Source of the DNA: an uncultured delta proteobacterium
Lineage (GTDB): Bacteria; Desulfobacterota; Binatia; UBA9968
Direction: 5' to 3'
DNA: 64,000 nucleotides
Assembly (NCBI GenBank): GCA_963745835.1
Contig: CAVUZH010000013.1
Location: 854,926 to 918,925 of the forward strand
The notes under the pieces are model-generated. The model was not told where the DNA came from and did not search any database. It was given only the letters and a program-made list of their open reading frames with translations. Both the position numbers and the translations under genes were made by a program. Shown in pieces: positions 59,112 to 64,000 of the stretch. The stretch's first letter is position 1; every line of letters starts with the position of its first letter.

Positions 59112-59758
59112 TAGTTCCGCAGTTCAACGCTGCTGGAAAGCGCGGAGGTGAGGCTTGCGCCCGTTCTGGAATCCGTCTCCTTCATCCCGACAGAGAACGA
59201 AATCCCAATTCGTTTAATGGCTGCCAGCGCCGGTGTTTCGCTAAGCTGCAAACCATTCTCATCGTAGTACCTAAACAGCTTGCCTGAGTTTGGCGCTGTC
59301 GCATACGCGACTAGGCAGTCACCATTGCGTCGGATGACGGTTGCTCCAGGGCAGTTCGTAGTTGGCGCGCCAAGCTCGTAGCGGATGTTTTCGCGCGGCT
59401 CAATGTCGGCGCAATTACCGTTTCCATTAAGATCCATTTGAATCTGGATCATTCGCCCGGTCGCGCGATAAACCCGATTACATACGGCGTCCTCATCGCC
59501 GTCCGGATCGTCCCCCAGATGAGTCTCCGCTGGCGGGCTTCCGGCGCCCCATGAACCTGCCAGCTTCAAATCGCGGCTTATGATATCCATCGCTCCTCTG
59601 GCATCTTCCAGTGTTGCCATCCTGGTTTCTTGGGCGAGAAGATGGAACAGTTCGGTACGATAAAATCCAAATAGGGCTGTAATGATTATGGTCCCCAGCA
59701 ATAGCGCACCTAATTGCTCGATCAAAGTGGCGCCGCAGTCCTTCTGAATAATTTGCAT
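59111..59758 (-). CDS. PilW-like minor pilin
   Basis: G-ATLIE prepilin-like N-terminus, R.AMDII.RDL..AG, C-terminal V.LRN. Confidence 0.72.
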   Translation of the reverse strand: MQIIQKDCGATLIEQLGALLLGTIIITALFGFYRTELFHLLAQETRMATLEDARGAMDIISRDLKLAGSWGAGSPPAETHLGDDPDGDEDAVCNRVYRATGRMIQIQMDLNGNGNCADIEPRENIRYELGAPTTNCPGATVIRRNGDCLVAYATAPNSGKLFRYYDENGLQLSETPALAAIKRIGISFSVGMKETDSRTGASLTSALSSSVELRN

Positions 59759-59766
59759 AGGCAATC

Positions 59767-60177
59767 TCAACCTGTATAAACCAGAGTGGTGAGAGTCACT
59801 TCCCGGCTCTCTTGAGCGCGCCACGAAACCGTTACAGTGATCTCCTTCAACTCCGATCCCAATGGCGAATCGGCAATCACCCAACATCGGTTATACTGGC
59901 CGCCCGGTTCACCGCTTGCAGCGATATCAACGTCGCCCGCTGTTGGGCAGTTGTTCACGTCGGCCCAATTTTTCTGCGCTTTAATCTGCTCCAGCTTGTC
60001 TTGGGCGAGGTTCACCGCGACCGTGTAATCCCGGCTGGCGGAATTCCACCGGATCAGATTACCCGTGCCGGCCGAATAGCCGAGAATGCCGATAACAATA
60101 AGGCTCATCGCCAGCAGTACTTCGTTAAACGTGAATCCGCCAGCGCTCCGACTTGGTGCAAGGAATCGCCGCAACAT
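59767..60177 (-). CDS. PilV-like minor pilin
   Basis: GG-FTFNEVLLAM, A..LAQDKLE.I, K.ITVTVSW. Confidence 0.75.
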   Translation of the reverse strand: MLRRFLAPSRSAGGFTFNEVLLAMSLIVIGILGYSAGTGNLIRWNSASRDYTVAVNLAQDKLEQIKAQKNWADVNNCPTAGDVDIAASGEPGGQYNRCWVIADSPLGSELKEITVTVSWRAQESREVTLTTLVYTG

Positions 60178-60623
60178 CAGCAATCCTCGCTGCAACCGGT
60201 AGGATTGCACACCCGAATCCTGCCGGTGGAGCTGACCACAACCTGTTTGCATCCGCCTTCTCTGCTTTGAAGTCGAATGCGATTGCTCCCCGCGGTGCCT
60301 CTCGGTGAAAAAGAAACAGTGCCGGCCTGAGTAATTACTATGCCTTCGGGTAAAGGCTTGCTGACGAACACGCTGCCGTCTCTCCGGATAGTGTAGCTGC
60401 CGCTTCCTGCGCTGTATGCGAATTGAAACCCCAGGTTCTCGGCTGCCGCGCGCATCTTAATGTTCTGTAGCTCCGTCTGAACACGCCGTGCAGAGCCGTT
60501 CAATTGATAGGAAAGAAGTAACTTGTTTGAAGCCGGAATCCCGATCGCGAGCAAGATGCCTATTAGAGTTAGCACCGCGATAAGTTCGATGACAGAGAAT
60601 CCGCGCCTCTTCTGGCAATCCAT
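60177..60623 (-). CDS. FimT/GspH-like minor pilin
   Basis: RG-FSVIELIAV..IGIL..IGIP, F.PRG, VSSTGRIR. Confidence 0.78.
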   Translation of the reverse strand: MDCQKRRGFSVIELIAVLTLIGILLAIGIPASNKLLLSYQLNGSARRVQTELQNIKMRAAAENLGFQFAYSAGSGSYTIRRDGSVFVSKPLPEGIVITQAGTVSFSPRGTAGSNRIRLQSREGGCKQVVVSSTGRIRVCNPTGCSEDC

Positions 60624-60644
60624 GGCCCCTCCCGAAATTTGCGG

Positions 60645-60674
60645 ACCATACAGGTGCACGTGAGGGGCTGTCAA
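60645..60674 (-). promoter_or_regulatory. sigma70-type promoter of minor pilin cluster
   Basis: TTGACA-18 nt-TATGGT on minus strand. Confidence 0.45.
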
Positions 60675-60774
60675 GAGCCCCAAGCCAGATTAAGATCGAA
60701 GAGAAAATTGGCAGCTTACGGGAGCTTAGGTATGAAGGCGGCAATCATCTACATTGGAGAAGAGAAGTTCAGAC

Positions 60775-61572
60775 TCAACGCGGGAAGACGTAGAAATCGA
60801 TGATCTCTCTGCCGAAAAATAAGTACACAAGAGCGCCCAAACAGAGGAAAGGAGCAAATGGAAGGGCGTATCGGCGATCTACTCCTTTGGCCAACATAAT
60901 ACTTAGACCGATGACAGAACCACCTAAGGACGAAAAGAACAGTGTCAGTGGAATCGACGGCCACCCGAGAAATGCGCCGATCATTGCCAGAAGCTTGATA
61001 TCACCGCCTCCCATTCCTTCGACGCCGGTAAACTTTTCATAAATCCAAGCTACAGCCAACAGAAATCCGCCGCCTATCAGCACACCAATCAACGCGCCCA
61101 GAGGAGTAGGCACGATGTTGAATGGATCACTAATCACGTAGCGGCCAATAACTGCAAACAAAACACCGACAACGATGCCGGGGAGGCTGATGACATCGGG
61201 AACGATCCTTACATCCAGATCAATAAATGAGATAACAATGAGAGCCGCAATGAAAACGAACCCGACCACAAACGCGAGCCCCAAACCGAACTGGTAAAAT
61301 AGAGCTACCGCAAAAGATGCCATCAGAAACTCGACCGCAAAATAACGAAAAGAAATCCGCTCCCCGCACGAACAGCAGCGGCCGCATAACAGCAGATAAC
61401 TGAGTAAGGGAATATTGTGAAAGAACGTTATCGGGGCTTGGCACTTTGGGCAGTGCGATGCCGGATGAATAACGGATTCTCCCTTGGGTATTCGGGAGAT
61501 GCAGACGTTTAAGAAGCTGCCGATCACGGCGCCGAATATGAACACAGTAAAACCTACATTAAGCTTGGACAT
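60775..61572 (-). CDS. pilD: prepilin peptidase/N-methyltransferase
   Basis: GSFLNVCI.R.P, S.CP.C, NIP.LS...L.GRC..C, ID, GMGGGDIKL, PFAPFL. Confidence 0.93.
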   Translation of the reverse strand: MSKLNVGFTVFIFGAVIGSFLNVCISRIPKGESVIHPASHCPKCQAPITFFHNIPLLSYLLLCGRCCSCGERISFRYFAVEFLMASFAVALFYQFGLGLAFVVGFVFIAALIVISFIDLDVRIVPDVISLPGIVVGVLFAVIGRYVISDPFNIVPTPLGALIGVLIGGGFLLAVAWIYEKFTGVEGMGGGDIKLLAMIGAFLGWPSIPLTLFFSSLGGSVIGLSIMLAKGVDRRYALPFAPFLCLGALVYLFFGREIIDFYVFPR

Positions 61573-63008
61573 CAATGGTTCCAATAACTTAGTCGCATAG
61601 GCACCTGAAATCGACAAACTCTAGCCAACACGCGAGCGGCATGCTTCTTCCAAAACAGAGAATGACAAAGCGAATCGCTGTGATAGATGTTCCTCTTTGC
61701 ACCTTCAAGTGTTTGGCAGCTCACGATAAAAAGCCATTTCCATCCGAGGCTCGTTGATTTACTAAGATCTATCGTACCCAAACACTGGGGCAAAATGTAA
61801 TAGCTTCCTCGGTAATGCACGATATTGCAACCGCGGTAGTTGTACTCCACCGCGACTGGAGTTTCATCGAGATTGGCCTCGCTATACTTTAGCGGTCGCC
61901 TGCGGAATTCTTCTGCGCGTTTTGAAATCGTTACAGCATCAAGGTATTCCCCAGAATCATATCCGAATTTGAACATCACATCCTGTGATAAGGACATAAA
62001 CTTCTTTCGCGCGCGGGGAGTAAACTGAGTTTTGTGAGATCCGATCCGTCCGTCAGTAAAGGTGGGACTCCCGGGATTGAATATCCTTTCGCCAAATTTC
62101 TCAGGATCGCCCGGAACCTGAAGCTTGAGCTGCAGAGACCAAATCAATTTTCGCTGGACCTTTCGGCTGCCGCCGCCTTCGTCGCCCACTAACTCCTCAA
62201 ACGATACCGGGACAACATTTTGGAAATCCAGCCAAGCAGCGAACTTCGCGACCCGATCCATGATAGTCCCGAGAAGCCATGGATCATCTATCAGCCGAAT
62301 AAGCCTCTCCTCGAAACAGAGATAGTTTAGATAACCGCTAAAAGCCGTTTTTCCGTCTTCATGATAATAGTTAGCTTCCGATACTACGATGTCCAGAGGA
62401 TTACGATAAATGAAGATCACAGGAGACTTGGGAAATGGATGCAACCGATTACCAAAATGACTCCGATGAACTGTGTCTAGGAAAAAATAATGCGCAGAGG
62501 TGTGAGTGTTTGAAGATTCCAAACAGTACCACAGACCGGGCTTCGGCTCTTCCGGGCAAACCACACCATCTCCATAGCCAAAGGCACGGACGAGTTCGAG
62601 CAGGAGGTGAGTACCACTTTTAGGAATGGAAATAACAAAGAGAGGTTTGTTCCTGAAGCTATATCCCGTCATGGGAGCTACAATCGTTCCGGTTTCGAGG
62701 TCGAGATAGTCCAGGAGGCAGGCGGCTAAACTCTTGGCTTCCGGATAGAAAAGAAGTGTTGCATCGTCACGTAAAACGTCGTCCGTCAAGCTGACATTTT
62801 CAGGCAGCGGCGCTTGCTGATCTCCCGGAGCAGTGACAAACGAAACATTCAGACCCTGGATCAGGGCCTGGGTCGCTACTTCCGCGGAACACGCGTTAAG
62901 TGGACGTAAACGAATCTTTTTTCGCCGCTCGAGGCAAAGCCTTTGTAGAATTTCGATATACGCTTCGCTTCGATACTCTACGAATGCCAAACTTAGATGA
63001 GAGTTCAT
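61572..63008 (-). CDS. sulfotransferase-like protein
   Basis: 5'PSB-like SIPKSGTHLL, 3'PB-like IYRNPLDIVVSEANY, V.FEEL, SPTF..G.IG. Confidence 0.65.
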   Translation of the reverse strand: MNSHLSLAFVEYRSEAYIEILQRLCLERRKKIRLRPLNACSAEVATQALIQGLNVSFVTAPGDQQAPLPENVSLTDDVLRDDATLLFYPEAKSLAACLLDYLDLETGTIVAPMTGYSFRNKPLFVISIPKSGTHLLLELVRAFGYGDGVVCPEEPKPGLWYCLESSNTHTSAHYFFLDTVHRSHFGNRLHPFPKSPVIFIYRNPLDIVVSEANYYHEDGKTAFSGYLNYLCFEERLIRLIDDPWLLGTIMDRVAKFAAWLDFQNVVPVSFEELVGDEGGGSRKVQRKLIWSLQLKLQVPGDPEKFGERIFNPGSPTFTDGRIGSHKTQFTPRARKKFMSLSQDVMFKFGYDSGEYLDAVTISKRAEEFRRRPLKYSEANLDETPVAVEYNYRGCNIVHYRGSYYILPQCLGTIDLSKSTSLGWKWLFIVSCQTLEGAKRNIYHSDSLCHSLFWKKHAARVLARVCRFQVPMRLSYWNH

Positions 63009-64000
63009 TAACTACAGCTTAGATGAATCGCTTCCAATTCGATTCGGACATCTGCCAGCGCTTGTTCTGTCGCTTTCATGAACCCTCGGAGCAGATTCTC
63101 ATCCTTGATTGATGAACGTTCGATCTCCACTCCATTGTCACCGGAAAAGCTCACGAAGTCATATTTAGAGGACCGAAAATTAGATTTATTAAAGGCAAAT
63201 GTAAAAAGATCGGCATCCAACTCCGCTCGATAGACTCTTCCGCTTCTGACGTGATCCCGGACTATCTGCTGGAAAGGAGTATAATTTGCCTGATCCAAAT
63301 ACTCGATGCTTTCATAGCCAAACGCTTGTAGGAACTTATCGAAGCCCTGGCTCTTCAGGATTTCTAAGTGCTCATTGACCAAATGGAGTTTCCAATCCCC
63401 TATGATACCCGTGCGGAAATTATGCACATGATAGGTAGTCTGATTTTTGTACTTCATTTCCTCCCAGATATCTCGCGCAGCCCGTACAGAAACCCCCAGT
63501 CCGGCTTGGCGACCAATTGTCTGGATCGTTTGTTCCGGCTGCGTAACTAGATCCTCCCATCGCATCACGTTGTAGTTCCTGTGGACTTCAAGGAACGATG
63601 TTAGATAGGTAACCAAGGGTGCAACCAGGCCGTCCACAAAGTTGAGATCTGTCAATTTGTAGAGAGCCAGACGTTCTCGAATAACATCAACCGGGTTTCG
63701 AACAAAGCGGTTAATGTATTCACCTGTCAAAGCGTTGATGGAAAACACGGACGAATTGAAGATATCGAGAGGATTTCGAATAGGGGAGAACTTCTTGTAA
63801 TCTGTGTAGTAGGCGTCCTTGAGCCAGAGTGCCGGCTCATAATGGGAATGGATTACGTTATAATAGTCCATTATATATTTGGGAAGCGAGAAGACGGCCA
63901 AGAAATCTCCTCTCCCTCGGATGCCGACGTATTTGCGGACACACGCCAGATTGACATTTTCTTTTTTAAGCCATTTCGGACCGCCGACGAGGAGCTTAAA
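63008..64000 (-). CDS. sulfotransferase-fold protein, 5'-truncated by window edge
   Basis: Frame open to 64000 (FKLLVGGPKW..); HSH, IRNPLDIFNS, MRWEDL, NFRTGIIGDWK. Confidence 0.6.
   Translation of the reverse strand, partial: FKLLVGGPKWLKKENVNLACVRKYVGIRGRGDFLAVFSLPKYIMDYYNVIHSHYEPALWLKDAYYTDYKKFSPIRNPLDIFNSSVFSINALTGEYINRFVRNPVDVIRERLALYKLTDLNFVDGLVAPLVTYLTSFLEVHRNYNVMRWEDLVTQPEQTIQTIGRQAGLGVSVRAARDIWEEMKYKNQTTYHVHNFRTGIIGDWKLHLVNEHLEILKSQGFDKFLQAFGYESIEYLDQANYTPFQQIVRDHVRSGRVYRAELDADLFTFAFNKSNFRSSKYDFVSFSGDNGVEIERSSIKDENLLRGFMKATEQALADVRIELEAIHLSCS

Overview
Bacterial chromosomal window, deltaproteobacteria-like. Candidatus Binatia is a guess from gene content and style, not a verified assignment. 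1-21.6 kb is core housekeeping: rplL(partial)-rplJ-rplA-rplK-nusG-secE-tRNA-Trp-rpmG-tuf plus a tRNA cluster, rlmB, lptFG, rpsI-rplM, HU-lon-clpX-clpP-tig, 12 tRNAs in total, rdgB-rph, an aldehyde dehydrogenase and yggT-yggS. 21.7-35.6 kb is accessory: small sigma54-preceded genes, a hidden UGA-readthrough selenoprotein (GrdB/PrdB-like, UxxC, with a SECIS-like hairpin), two TctC-like binding proteins and a sigma54 glnK-amtB-porin nitrogen module. 35.7-53.2 kb is an iron-uptake island: DtxR-family regulator, frameshift-riddled Fe3+ ABC transporter, cytochrome c-FTR1 fusion, a Com-like zinc-ribbon mini-gene followed by a promoter and leader terminator ahead of exbBD-tonB-hemP-TBDR-piuC-DUF3016-PepSY/flavodoxin-DUF4198, a catalase relic and bfr. 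53.2-64 kb holds tatD-metG-holB-tmk, a receiver protein, type IV minor pilins, pilD and two sulfotransferase-like genes. No CRISPR array, rRNA or recognisable mobile element was seen. The best leads are the Com-like protein/leader-terminator attenuation hypothesis, a three-copy 34-bp iron promoter/operator, and the stand-alone selenoprotein.
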